DNA from: Polyangiales bacterium
GTDB taxonomy: Bacteria; Myxococcota_A; Polyangia; Polyangiales; Houyiibacteriaceae
Length of the DNA: 64,000 bases
NCBI GenBank assembly: GCA_045106895.1
Contig: JBGCFM010000001.1
Location: 32,001-96,000 of the forward strand
Reading direction: 5' to 3'
Positions 1 to 9,359 of the stretch are shown one piece after another. Both the position numbers and the translations under genes were made by a program. Numbering within the stretch: position 1 is the stretch's first letter; the number at the start of each line of letters is the position of its first letter. The notes below the pieces were generated by a model. That model was given only the letters and a program-made list of their open reading frames with translations. It did not search any database and had not been told where the DNA came from.

Positions 1-235
1 CGCGAATACGTGAGTCCGAGGCGAGCTTGAGCCCGGCGAAGGAAATGACGGCGACAACGACAAGGAAGACGCCGCCGTTCCAGTTGAAGCGGCGTTCATA
101 GCCCGCCTGGCGCTTGGCGATCGACTTTACGTCCGCGCCCAGCGAATTGACGAGGTTGTTGGTCTTGATCACCAGCCCACGGGACTCGATGATCTCACGT
201 TTGATCTCCAGGATCTCCTCGTCGCGATCGCGCAT
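1..235 (-). CDS. Conserved myxobacterial membrane protein, N-terminal part (runs off the window start)
   Basis: Manual translation from ATG at 235: MRDRDEEILEIKREIIESRGLVIKTNNLVNSLGADVKSIAKRQAGYERRFNWNGGVFLVVVAVISFAGLKL; coiled-coil then TM segment, open to position 1. Confidence 0.7.
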   Translation of the reverse strand, partial: MRDRDEEILEIKREIIESRGLVIKTNNLVNSLGADVKSIAKRQAGYERRFNWNGGVFLVVVAVISFAGLKLASDSRIR

Positions 236-387
236 ACTTCTCGGGAACTACCCCGGACCGGGGTACTGGGCAAGGAGCACAATGAATCACCCCAAAACGG
301 AGTGTTGACGCCGGTGGCCATGCATTCTAGACAGCCGCGTTGCGGGCCGGCTTTGGGTTCGTACAGAAAGACTAGGGAGAGAGCGAC

Positions 388-951
388 ATGGCAGACACCG
401 GTGACCTCAAAAAGGGCTTCAAAATGTTGAAAGACAACGAGCCTTGGGTTTGTGTCGACTGCCAGTTCGTCAAGCCCGGCAAAGGCCAGGCGTTCTTTCG
501 AACGAAGTTCAAGAACATGGTCAACGGCCGCGTCGTCGACCACACGTTCAAGAGCGGCGAGAAGCTTGAGAAGGCGGACACCGAAGAGCGCGAGATGCAG
601 TACCTCTACCCAGAGGGTGACAACTACGTCTTCATGGACAACGCGAGCTACGACCAGATGACGATGACGAAGGAGCAGTTGGGCGACAACGTCTTCTTCC
701 TCCTCGACAACATGAACGTTCAGGTGATGCTCTTCAACGAGCGCCCCATCGGCGTCACGCCTCCAACTTTCGTCGCGCTTGAGGTGATGGAGACGGACCC
801 AGGGTTTAAGGGCGACACGTCCGGCAACACCACGAAGCCAGCCACGGTTTCCACCGGACTCATCGTCCAGGTTCCGCTTTTCGTGAACGTCGGCGACACA
901 CTCAAGGTCGACACGCGCGACTCCAGTTACGTCGAGCGCGTCAAGGTCTGA
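388..951 (+). CDS. efp: Elongation factor P
   Basis: FVKPGKGQAF loop with the modified Lys; PGFKGDT and VPLFVNVGDTLKVDTR C-terminal signature; 187 aa. Confidence 0.97.
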   Translation: MADTGDLKKGFKMLKDNEPWVCVDCQFVKPGKGQAFFRTKFKNMVNGRVVDHTFKSGEKLEKADTEEREMQYLYPEGDNYVFMDNASYDQMTMTKEQLGDNVFFLLDNMNVQVMLFNERPIGVTPPTFVALEVMETDPGFKGDTSGNTTKPATVSTGLIVQVPLFVNVGDTLKVDTRDSSYVERVKV

Positions 952-953
952 GC

Positions 954-2135
954 TTGCCGCTCAACGCTTCGCTTCACAGCTTGAAAAACGACCGCGCTCT
1001 CATCGGCGCGGTCGTTTTCGTTCAGGGAAGATTGCTCAAGCGCGACGGGCTCTTGGTCCTTCGTGACGCCGATCACGAAGTGCAGCTCGTCTGCAGCGCA
1101 GACCTGCCTTCGGAGGGGAGCATTGTTCGCGCCCGCGGCCTGTGGGACGGCGCTGCGTTCCAGGTCGAAGCAGTCGAGCTGCTCACCGTCGCTCTCAAAA
1201 ACGAGCGACCTGATCACGAGGCGCTGCAAGAGCGGACGAAGAACTTGCGACTTCGGCATCAAGCCTCACGCGCTGTTCGCCGCTACTTCGACGAAGCGGA
1301 CTTCGTCGAGGTGGAGACGCCGCTCATCGTCCCCTCGCCCGGACTGGACCTGCATCTCGACGCGTTTGAGGTTCCGTACGGGGATGAGCTCCGTTATCTC
1401 ATCACAAGCCCCGAGTACCAGATGAAACGGGTGCTCGCCGGAGGGCTCACGCGTATCTACCAACTGGCTCGCTGTTTTCGAAAAGGCGAAATCGGCGCGC
1501 GCCACGAGCCCGAGTTCACCCTCATCGAGTGGTACCGCGCGTTCGCAGGTTCCGCCGACGTCATGGCGGACACGGAACAGCTCGTTGCCTTCGTCGCTCA
1601 AGCGACGTTGGAAACCACGGTCTTGCCGTGCGGCGTCGATGTCGCGCCCCCCTGGCCGCGGCGGCGCGTTGCGGACGTGTTCGAAGAGTACGCGAAGGTC
1701 ACGGTGGAGTCGGTGCTCCCGGATGAAGAACGATTCTTCCGCCTCTACGTCGATGAGGTGGAGCCGCAGCTCGGGAACGACCCGTTCTTTCTCACGCACT
1801 GGCCGGCGAGCATGGCATCTCTCGCTCGCCTCTTGCCGGAGGAGCCGGATGTCGCGGACCGATTCGAGGCGTACATCGGTGGTCTCGAGATCTCCAACGG
1901 CTTCGGTGAGCTCGTCGACGCCGATGAACAGCGCCGCCGTTTGATGCGCGACCGCAAAGAACGAAGCGCGGCGGGGCTCCCCGCCTACCCCATCGACGAG
2001 CGCTTTGTCGGCGCGCTCGAAGAGGGGATTCCGCCGTCCGGCGGCAACGCCCTCGGCTTTGACCGTCTTGTGATGCTGCTCTCAGGCGCGTCACACATTG
2101 AGGACGTCCTCGCCCTCCCCCACCGGCGTCTCTGA
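954..2135 (+). CDS. epmA: EF-P lysine aminoacylase EpmA (GenX/PoxA) with N-terminal extension
   Basis: YLITSPEYQMKR, CFRKGEIGARHEPEFTLIEWYR, LEISNGFGEL, GNALGFDRL motifs; directly after efp. Confidence 0.92.
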   Translation: MPLNASLHSLKNDRALIGAVVFVQGRLLKRDGLLVLRDADHEVQLVCSADLPSEGSIVRARGLWDGAAFQVEAVELLTVALKNERPDHEALQERTKNLRLRHQASRAVRRYFDEADFVEVETPLIVPSPGLDLHLDAFEVPYGDELRYLITSPEYQMKRVLAGGLTRIYQLARCFRKGEIGARHEPEFTLIEWYRAFAGSADVMADTEQLVAFVAQATLETTVLPCGVDVAPPWPRRRVADVFEEYAKVTVESVLPDEERFFRLYVDEVEPQLGNDPFFLTHWPASMASLARLLPEEPDVADRFEAYIGGLEISNGFGELVDADEQRRRLMRDRKERSAAGLPAYPIDERFVGALEEGIPPSGGNALGFDRLVMLLSGASHIEDVLALPHRRL

Positions 2136-2178
2136 AACCACCCTGGCGTGCTGACGCCCGTGGCTCCAAACTTATGGA

Positions 2179-3186
2179 GTGCGCGGGAGGCAAAGTTCGA
2201 TCTGGCTGCGAGCCGCCCTCGGCGCATCTCTGATCGTGGCGTGCGGCGGTTCCAGCGCCATCGTCACCATGACGACGCCTGCGCGGCTTCCTCTCAAGAC
2301 GATACCCAACATCTATCTCATGGCAGAAGACCACGAGGTAGAGGCGCTGGTTCCGTTTCTCGGCGAAGCCCTCGAGTCCGACGGGGTGCACGTCGAGTTC
2401 GTCAGCCCCGCCGATATCGAAGCGCGTCGCCGCGAAGGGAGCGTGCCCCTCGCAAGCGCCGTGGTGCTCCTCCGCTTGCAGTACAGCTCCGCCACGGCGA
2501 CGCGCGCCCGCGACCGAAACGAGACGGTCTGCGGCACCCGCGGATGCGTTACCCGTCCGCGCACAGTGTTCGTTCAGGTGCCCATACTTTCCGCGCTCCT
2601 CGTTGTGGAGGTGCGCGAAGGGCCGAGCGACCGGACTCTCCAGGAAGTCCTTTTTCAGGCGGAGTCCGACGCCGGGGTCGTGGACGTTCTGCAGAGAGAC
2701 AGCGTCCTCCGCCAGCTGCGCGAGCAGCTATTGGAAACCCTCGATCCACAGCGCCGCTCGCTACGAATCCGCCTGCAGCCGGTGGAACTAGCAGGCGCGG
2801 AGCTCGCTCTTCAGGCGCTACGCGCAGGTGAATGGACCCGTGGTCGCAGAGCCCTCGAAGCGTTGGCGTCGGACGCCGAAGCGCTCCCCGAAGAGGAACG
2901 CGCGGCTTTCTATTACAACCTGGGCGTCGCTCGACGATTCGACCCGCGGACCCTCGTTTCGAACGAGAACGAGCACTTCGACGCGGCGGAAACTGCGCTA
3001 CGCATGGCCATTCGCCTCAGCCCTCAACCCCTCTACGCAAGGGCCCTTGAGGACGTTCAACGACACCGACGAGAGCGAGCGCTCCTGGCGGCCCAAAGGG
3101 AAGCCGCTGGCGAGAACTTTCGCGAGGACGAAGCCGCTCCGCTCTCCCCCGCCCCGCCCGACGCGTATCGCCAGGAGACCCCTTAG
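2179..3186 (+). CDS. Putative lipoprotein with C-terminal TPR-like helices
   Basis: Lipobox-like LIVAC; AAFYYNLGVARR TPR-like helix. Confidence 0.65.
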   Translation: MRGRQSSIWLRAALGASLIVACGGSSAIVTMTTPARLPLKTIPNIYLMAEDHEVEALVPFLGEALESDGVHVEFVSPADIEARRREGSVPLASAVVLLRLQYSSATATRARDRNETVCGTRGCVTRPRTVFVQVPILSALLVVEVREGPSDRTLQEVLFQAESDAGVVDVLQRDSVLRQLREQLLETLDPQRRSLRIRLQPVELAGAELALQALRAGEWTRGRRALEALASDAEALPEEERAAFYYNLGVARRFDPRTLVSNENEHFDAAETALRMAIRLSPQPLYARALEDVQRHRRERALLAAQREAAGENFREDEAAPLSPAPPDAYRQETP

Positions 3187-3962
3187 GCGGTCTTGTCCGC
3201 GCTCTTCGCTCGCTCCCACAGCGCATCGAGTTCGTCATTCGTACGCGCCGCGAGGCCTCCTTCACCGGCGTTCAGCTCCGCGTGCCGAAAGCGTCGACTG
3301 AACTTGTCCAGGCTTCGACGCAGGCTCGCTTCTGGGTCGAGAGAACGTTTTCGCGCAAAGTTGGCGAGGGCGAAGAGAACATCCCCCAGCTCGTCTTCGG
3401 CGGCGTCCATGTCTTCTGAGTCGAGGGCAGCGTCGAGTTCCGCGAGCTCTTCGTCGACCTTCTTGCGCGGCCCCGCGGCGTCGTCCCAGTCGTAGCCAAC
3501 GGCCGCAGCCTTTTCGCCCACTCGTACCGCGCGCAGCAACGCAGGCATCGCCGCGGGCACCCCGCCAAGAGCACCGCGCTCGCGTTTCTCCGACGCTTTC
3601 ATGGCTTCCCATCGGGCCAAAGACCCAGCGGCGTCGTGCTGCTTTTCATCGCCAAAAACCCACGGATGGCGGCGCACCATCTTTTCCGAGATCGCTTCGA
3701 TGACGCCGTCCAGGCCAAACCATCCTTTTCGCTCAGCGAGGGCCGCCTGGAAGACAACCTGAAAGAGCAAGTCGCCGAGCTCCTCGCGTAGAGGCTCGCC
3801 CTCACCAGCGTCGATGGCCTCGACGACCTCATACGCCTCTTCGATGAGATAGGGACGCAGCGATTCCAGGGTCTGCTCTTTGTCCCAAGGGCAGCCCTCT
3901 GGGCCCAGGAGGGTCTCCATGATCGCGGCGAGCCCCGGCATTGTTGCACCAGTCTTGGTCAT
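3183..3962 (-). CDS. mazG: Nucleoside triphosphate pyrophosphohydrolase MazG
   Basis: GCPWDKEQT, EEAYEV, EELGDLL, RRHPWVFG and second ELGDVLF domain; GAGGAG SD before ATG at 3962. Confidence 0.95.
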   Translation of the reverse strand: MTKTGATMPGLAAIMETLLGPEGCPWDKEQTLESLRPYLIEEAYEVVEAIDAGEGEPLREELGDLLFQVVFQAALAERKGWFGLDGVIEAISEKMVRRHPWVFGDEKQHDAAGSLARWEAMKASEKRERGALGGVPAAMPALLRAVRVGEKAAAVGYDWDDAAGPRKKVDEELAELDAALDSEDMDAAEDELGDVLFALANFARKRSLDPEASLRRSLDKFSRRFRHAELNAGEGGLAARTNDELDALWERAKSADKTA

Positions 3963-4047
3963 CTTCTTCTCCTCGAGTCTCAACGGCAGGAATACGTCAC
4001 TTAAACCGTGCGTTTCTCCACTCTCTAGACGCTACACTCTCGCTCAC

Positions 4048-4980
4048 ATGCGTCGAGTCGACGCGGGAGGCAATCGATTGGCTAGGGGCGAAGAAAATAC
4101 GGACGGAGACGGGAACGCGGGCCTCATCATCGGAAGCGTCCTCGGAACCTTCGCGCTCGCGGCCTTCTTGGTCGTCGCCTACGTGTCTCACGAAGAGGAT
4201 CCCGTCGAACGTCCGACGCTCCTCGTCGACGACTCACGATTGGCGGTGCGCTTCTGCGGCCTAGACCACGGCCTCACGCCCGAAGGCACACGCGAAGCCA
4301 TCGACGCGGAGCTGCGCCTTCGCGGCTACGTAAGCGCCGGAGAGTGGACCGACGACGTGGAGATGGGCGTGGCCGATGGCTCTCAGCTCGACGGAGGCTG
4401 CGGGATCATCGTCGCTCACGCCCGTACGGGTTCGCACTTTCGAGCCGTCCGCGAGGACAGCGTGGAGCTTCAGTCGTGCAGAAATGATGTCGTCGCGGCG
4501 GCGACCTGTGGCGAGGACGTCGAGTTCCTCGGAACCGGCGTCACCTCGCTCCGTGCCTACGTCATGCCAGGAGTCTCGGGAGCTCCAGACGCACTGGCCC
4601 CGACTCACCGAGTGCTCCAGGCCGAAGCCGAGCACACCCTCGGACGGCTGCGTTTGGTGCCGGGCGCCAAGGTCTACGTGGACAGCATCGCCGCTGGCGG
4701 AACGATGACCATTTCACCACCGGCGAGCGGGTGCGTTCACTATGCCGTCTCCGCGGCTGGCGCAGGCATGCTCTCCTCGGACTCGGTCTTCGGCGATCTC
4801 GCGCTCTTCGCTCGGACGCTGTGTGAGAACAACGCGGAGCTGGTGATTCACGCGGGGGGCAGCACCCCGACGACGGTCGCCGTTCGCCAGTTTGAGGCGT
4901 CACCGGGGGCCGGCGTCGCCACGCGCGTGGCCGCGCAGATCAGCGACGCCGAAATCGTGAGCGACATCGAAGACCTCTAG
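4048..4980 (+). CDS. Hypothetical single-TM membrane protein
   Basis: TM helix LIIGSVLGTFALAAFLVVAYV followed by a Cys-containing extracytoplasmic region; start uncertain. Confidence 0.55.
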   Translation: MRRVDAGGNRLARGEENTDGDGNAGLIIGSVLGTFALAAFLVVAYVSHEEDPVERPTLLVDDSRLAVRFCGLDHGLTPEGTREAIDAELRLRGYVSAGEWTDDVEMGVADGSQLDGGCGIIVAHARTGSHFRAVREDSVELQSCRNDVVAAATCGEDVEFLGTGVTSLRAYVMPGVSGAPDALAPTHRVLQAEAEHTLGRLRLVPGAKVYVDSIAAGGTMTISPPASGCVHYAVSAAGAGMLSSDSVFGDLALFARTLCENNAELVIHAGGSTPTTVAVRQFEASPGAGVATRVAAQISDAEIVSDIEDL

Positions 4981-5087
4981 CGGGACACTCGGAGCCACGC
5001 GGCGCCAGGGCCATGAGACCGGCAATGCATCTGAAGCGCTGAGTTCGCTTGACGGTGGATGGCTTCGCTTGTCATCGTCGCAGTCGC

Positions 5088-5696
5088 GTGCGCTACAAGA
5101 AATCGGAGATATCGGCTTCCCAGATCGTGCAATCGGCCATTCGTGTATTGGCAAAGCAAGGCTACGCGAACACCTCGCTCCTCGATATCGCGAAGGAAGC
5201 CGGGATGAGCAAGGGCGCCGTCCACTACCACTTCCCGACCAAGGAGGCCCTGCTCCAGGTCGTGCTCAAGACGGCGCTGGATGCGGTTCAAGCACGAACC
5301 ATCGAGGCGTGGACACAAGGGGACGACCCCTTCGTGTCACTCCGTAAGTCCCTCGACATGCTCTGGGGTATTCGCGCCGCCCGCACAGACGAAGCCCTCG
5401 TCGTCGCCGACCTCCTGGCGCTCAGCCTCTACGATGAGCGACTACGCCCGCAGCTGGCGGACTACTATCGCCAAGCGGCGGAACAGATCAAAGAGTATCT
5501 CGAGCCCAACCTCCTCGACCTGGGCATCGAGTCGCGCGTCCCCATGACGATTCTCCCTCGCCTCGTCCTGGGGCTTTTGGACGGTCTGGTCATGCAGGCC
5601 TTCGTCGACCCCGACGCCCTCTCTCCAGAAGACGTTGTGACGGCCATCGAAACCCTCGCGATGAGCCTCCTGAACGCCCCCAAAGGCGCCAAGTGA
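5088..5696 (+). CDS. TetR/AcrR family transcriptional regulator
   Basis: HTH: GYANTSLLDIAKEAGMSKGAVHYHFPTKEALL; GTG start at 5088 inferred. Confidence 0.92.
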   Translation: MRYKKSEISASQIVQSAIRVLAKQGYANTSLLDIAKEAGMSKGAVHYHFPTKEALLQVVLKTALDAVQARTIEAWTQGDDPFVSLRKSLDMLWGIRAARTDEALVVADLLALSLYDERLRPQLADYYRQAAEQIKEYLEPNLLDLGIESRVPMTILPRLVLGLLDGLVMQAFVDPDALSPEDVVTAIETLAMSLLNAPKGAK

Positions 5697-6691
5697 GTTT
5701 TGCCGAAAGCGCCCCCCCCGACGCATTCAGCGGGATCTTTGCGCAGGACCTCGTGCTTCGGACGCTCCGGCACGCTGTGCAAAACGAACGAATCGCGAGC
5801 GCGTACCTCTTCGAGGGCCCTAGCGGCATCGGCAAAGAGCGTGTCGCGCTTGCACTAGCGAAGACCGTCATCGGCGAAGAGAGCGCTCGACGCATCGACG
5901 AGGGCAAGCACCCGGACGTGCGTATTTTCCATCCGCGTGATGAAGGCCACCGGAACATCAAGGTGGAAATGCTCCGGGATGAAATCCTCCCCTACGCGGA
6001 GTTTGCGCCCTTTGAGGCGAAGGCCGCCTTTCTGATTTTCCCCGAAGCGGACGTCAGCTTTCCAGAGAACCACCCCGGTTCGGCCAACGCGCTCCTCAAG
6101 ACTCTAGAAGAGCCAAAGCCCGGGGTGACCTTCATCTTGCTCGCCGAGCGTCCTGACCGCCTGCTTCCGACGATTCGCTCGCGCTGCCAGTCCGTTCGTT
6201 TCTCGCGGCTTCCCGTCGAGGCCATCGAAAAGCTCCTCCGCGACTCCGGCGTGGATGCGGATCTGGCGCGCTCCGCCGCCGCACTCTCCGGCGGGCGTGC
6301 CGACCGAGCCCTGCAGCTGTGCGAGGACGACGCCGCCACGGAGCTTCTCGATTTTGCCATACGCATCGACGAAGCGACTCGAGGCACACGGCCCGGCGCG
6401 CTCCTCGACGTGGCCGAAGAGCTCGTAAAAAGGAAGAACGTCGGGCTCGCCTTGGAGGGGCTCTCGCTCTTCTATCGCGACCTGGTCCGCATCGACCTCG
6501 GCTTCGCCGATGAGGCCTTGGCGTTTCGCAGCGAAGCGACCCAAATGCGCGAACGCGCGCGGACCACAACCGCCTCTCAGGCCTCCGGACGTGCGGGGCT
6601 GCTCCGCCAGGCGAGCGAAGCGCTCGAAGCCAATGGCAACCGCCAGGTGGTCCTCGACTCCCTCATGTTTCGACTCCGGCAGGTCCGTTAA
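5693..6691 (+). CDS. holB: DNA polymerase III subunit delta'
   Basis: AYLFEGPSGIGK, HPDV, ANALLKTLEEP, LLPTIRSRCQ motifs. Confidence 0.92.
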   Translation: MSFAESAPPDAFSGIFAQDLVLRTLRHAVQNERIASAYLFEGPSGIGKERVALALAKTVIGEESARRIDEGKHPDVRIFHPRDEGHRNIKVEMLRDEILPYAEFAPFEAKAAFLIFPEADVSFPENHPGSANALLKTLEEPKPGVTFILLAERPDRLLPTIRSRCQSVRFSRLPVEAIEKLLRDSGVDADLARSAAALSGGRADRALQLCEDDAATELLDFAIRIDEATRGTRPGALLDVAEELVKRKNVGLALEGLSLFYRDLVRIDLGFADEALAFRSEATQMRERARTTTASQASGRAGLLRQASEALEANGNRQVVLDSLMFRLRQVR

Positions 6692-6765
6692 CGTTCAGCG
6701 GGGGGAACGGCGCTTTCGACTGGCGGGCGTGAAACACACTGCCAAACTGCCGCCGAAGACCTTCC

Positions 6766-7809
6766 ATGCGCGCATTCTCGACACTCGGGCCCCTCGCCCC
6801 CAACTTCGACGCGGCGCTTCGCGACGTGAACGCCAAGGGCGGTGAATTCCGAGAAGCGGCGGCACGCGTCCTCGGCGACCCACCCGCTGGCCGCGAAACC
6901 GAGGCTCGTGATGGGCTCATCTCTCTACTCTCAGACGTCTTCGGACCCATCCGCGCCCTCGCCGCCGATGGCCTCGGAAACGTCGGCGACGAGCTCGACC
7001 TAGAACTCCTCCTCGCGTCCACGGAGGACGAACACGCGGACGCCCGCGCCTCCTCCATCCTCGCCGCAGCGAAACTCGACCCCTCGGAGGCTCTGTGGAT
7101 TGAGAGCAAGCTCGAGGACGAACACCCACGGGTTCGCATCGCCGCCCTCGACGCCCTGGAGACAAAGCGCCCTGCGGCGGCCATCGTGGCATCTAGACGC
7201 TTCCTGGAGGCCGACCCCTACGACTCCGTTCGAATCGCCGCGGCGGTGCTCGTAGGGAGCATCGAGGACCTCGGGGTGGCTCGAGCGGAGACCGTCCAGG
7301 CGTTGAAGGATGTCCTTCATAGCGGGCCGGACTTGGCCCGCAGTGCCGCTCTGAGCCTCGCTCAGCTGGGCGACACCTCCGGCGAGCGACAACTTATCGA
7401 CGCACTTCATGATGGTCCCTGGCGCCTCGCCGCCATCGACGGTCTGGGGCTCTTCTCGTCGCCGGCGAGCGCCGACGCCTTAGCCGAGGTGGGCGAGCGC
7501 CTCTTCGCGAGCCTCATCGACCGCGCCGCCAGCGCGGCGGCGCTGGCAAAACGAGGAGACGCGCGAGCTGTGCCGATTCTACGCCGCGTTCTTAGCGCCT
7601 GGCGCGCCGATGGCCGTGACTACGCGTTGTTCACCATCGCCGAGCATCGCATGAGCGAGCTGCTCCCGGAGCTGCTGCCCTTCGTGGACAGGTTGCGGGG
7701 CGCGTCGCCTTCCGCCGTCGCCCGCGCGCTCAGCGCCATCGACGACCCGCGTGCGAAAGAAGCCCTCGGGCGACTCGAATCGAAACACCCACAGAAGCTG
7801 GAATCGTGA
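6766..7809 (+). CDS. HEAT/PBS-lyase repeat protein
   Basis: Repeated VRIAALDAL / VRIAAAVLVG / RALAADGLG helical units. Confidence 0.8.
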   Translation: MRAFSTLGPLAPNFDAALRDVNAKGGEFREAAARVLGDPPAGRETEARDGLISLLSDVFGPIRALAADGLGNVGDELDLELLLASTEDEHADARASSILAAAKLDPSEALWIESKLEDEHPRVRIAALDALETKRPAAAIVASRRFLEADPYDSVRIAAAVLVGSIEDLGVARAETVQALKDVLHSGPDLARSAALSLAQLGDTSGERQLIDALHDGPWRLAAIDGLGLFSSPASADALAEVGERLFASLIDRAASAAALAKRGDARAVPILRRVLSAWRADGRDYALFTIAEHRMSELLPELLPFVDRLRGASPSAVARALSAIDDPRAKEALGRLESKHPQKLES

Positions 7810-8627
7810 CCGACCCGACGATGATCGCCCCGCTCTTCGACACTCACTGTCACCTGGACCACGCCAAGTTCAGCGGGGAGGTGGATGAAGTCATGGCCCG
7901 GGCCAAGGCCGTGGGCATGTGGCGAATGACAACCATCGGATGCGCGCGCGGACCCGACGAGCCTTGGGGCGCCATCGACATCGCCCGCGCGCACGACTGG
8001 ATCGTTGCGACGGCCGGCGTGCACCCACACGACGCCCACGCGTTCTCGGAATTGGACCTCTCGACGGTGGAAAACGTCGCCGAAGACGAGAACGTGGTCG
8101 CGATCGGCGAGATGGGTCTCGACTATCACTACGACAAGAGCCCCCGCGAGCTCCAGCGCGAAGTCTTCCGCCGACAGGTCGCTTTGGCGCGTGCGGTGAA
8201 GAAACCTATCGTGGTCCACTCCCGCGAGGCACGCGCGGACACTTTGGACATCCTGCGCGAAGAAAACGCACGGGATGTCGGCGGCATCATCCACTGTTTC
8301 AGCGAAGACCCGGATTTCGCCAAGGCCGCCCTCGACCTTGGTTTCGTCTCAAGCTTCAGCGGGATCGTGACCTTCAAGAGCGCGGTGGATATTCAGCAGG
8401 CCGCCAAAGCACAGCCCCTCGACGCCATCCTCGTCGAGACAGATGCACCTTATCTGGCGCCAATCCCGTTCCGCGGAAAGCGAAACGAGCCTTCCTATGC
8501 AGCTCGTACGCTGGAGTTTATCGCAGAACTTCGCGGGGAAAGCGTGGAGGCTCTGAGGCTGGCAACAAGCCGTAATGCGGCACGAATTTTCGGGATGGAG
8601 CCCCCGCCCGACCTAATTAGCGCTTGA
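7806..8627 (+). CDS. tatD: TatD family hydrolase
   Basis: DTHCHL, GVHPH, AIGEMGLDY, HSREA, HCFS, ETDAPYLAP..RGKRNEP. Confidence 0.95.
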   Translation: MTDPTMIAPLFDTHCHLDHAKFSGEVDEVMARAKAVGMWRMTTIGCARGPDEPWGAIDIARAHDWIVATAGVHPHDAHAFSELDLSTVENVAEDENVVAIGEMGLDYHYDKSPRELQREVFRRQVALARAVKKPIVVHSREARADTLDILREENARDVGGIIHCFSEDPDFAKAALDLGFVSSFSGIVTFKSAVDIQQAAKAQPLDAILVETDAPYLAPIPFRGKRNEPSYAARTLEFIAELRGESVEALRLATSRNAARIFGMEPPPDLISA

Positions 8628-8651
8628 CGGATAGGCCCCCCTCGTTAAGGT
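8624..8651 (+). promoter_or_regulatory. Putative sigma70 promoter of rplC
   Basis: TTGACG-N16-TAAGGT, 36 nt upstream of the rplC start. Confidence 0.5.
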
Positions 8652-8687
8652 GCCGTCCCTCGCCTGTAGAAGGCCCTGGAGAAGTTT

Positions 8688-9359
8688 GTGAATAATACTG
8701 TTGGCCTAATCGGCAAAAAGCTCGGAAACACTCAGATTTTTACGGACACCGGCGAAATCCGCCGCGTGACTGTGGTCGCTACTGGCCCGTGTGTTGTCCT
8801 CGGAAAGCGCACCATCGAAGCGCACGGCTACTCGGCTGTCCTTCTTGGGTTCGGTGAAAAACGAACCAAGAGCGTCAATAAGCCAGAAGCTGGCTTCTAC
8901 GCGAAGATCGACCAGAAGCCCGCTCAGACCGTTCGCGAGATTCGGCTCCCCGCCGAGACCGTCGAAGGCTACGAGCTGGGTCAGACGCTGAAGGCGTCGG
9001 ACCTCTTCGAAGAGGGTCAGTTCGTCGACGTGACCGGCACCTCCAAGGGCAACGGCTACACCGGTGTCATGAAGCGCCACAACTTCGCTGGTTACAAAGC
9101 GACGCATGGTCAGCACGAGTCCCATCGTCACGGTGGCTCCATCGGCATGAACATGACGCCCGGTCGTACCTTCAAGGGTAAGAAGATGGCGGGTCAGAGC
9201 GGAAACGAACGCGTGACCGTTCAGAGCCTCAAGGTTGTGAAGGTCATGGCGGAAGAGGGCTTCGTCCTCGTCGCTGGCTCCGTTCCCGGCCCCAAGGGCG
9301 GAATCGTCACGGTGCGCAAAGCGGTCAAGAAGGCCTCAAAGCGCCCCATCGAAGCGTAA
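8688..9359 (+). CDS. rplC: 50S ribosomal protein L3
   Basis: GLIGKKLGNTQIF, VDVTGTSKGNGYTGVMKRHNF, HRHGGSIG..TPGRTFKGKKMAG, GSVPGPKG. Confidence 0.97.
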   Translation: MNNTVGLIGKKLGNTQIFTDTGEIRRVTVVATGPCVVLGKRTIEAHGYSAVLLGFGEKRTKSVNKPEAGFYAKIDQKPAQTVREIRLPAETVEGYELGQTLKASDLFEEGQFVDVTGTSKGNGYTGVMKRHNFAGYKATHGQHESHRHGGSIGMNMTPGRTFKGKKMAGQSGNERVTVQSLKVVKVMAEEGFVLVAGSVPGPKGGIVTVRKAVKKASKRPIEA

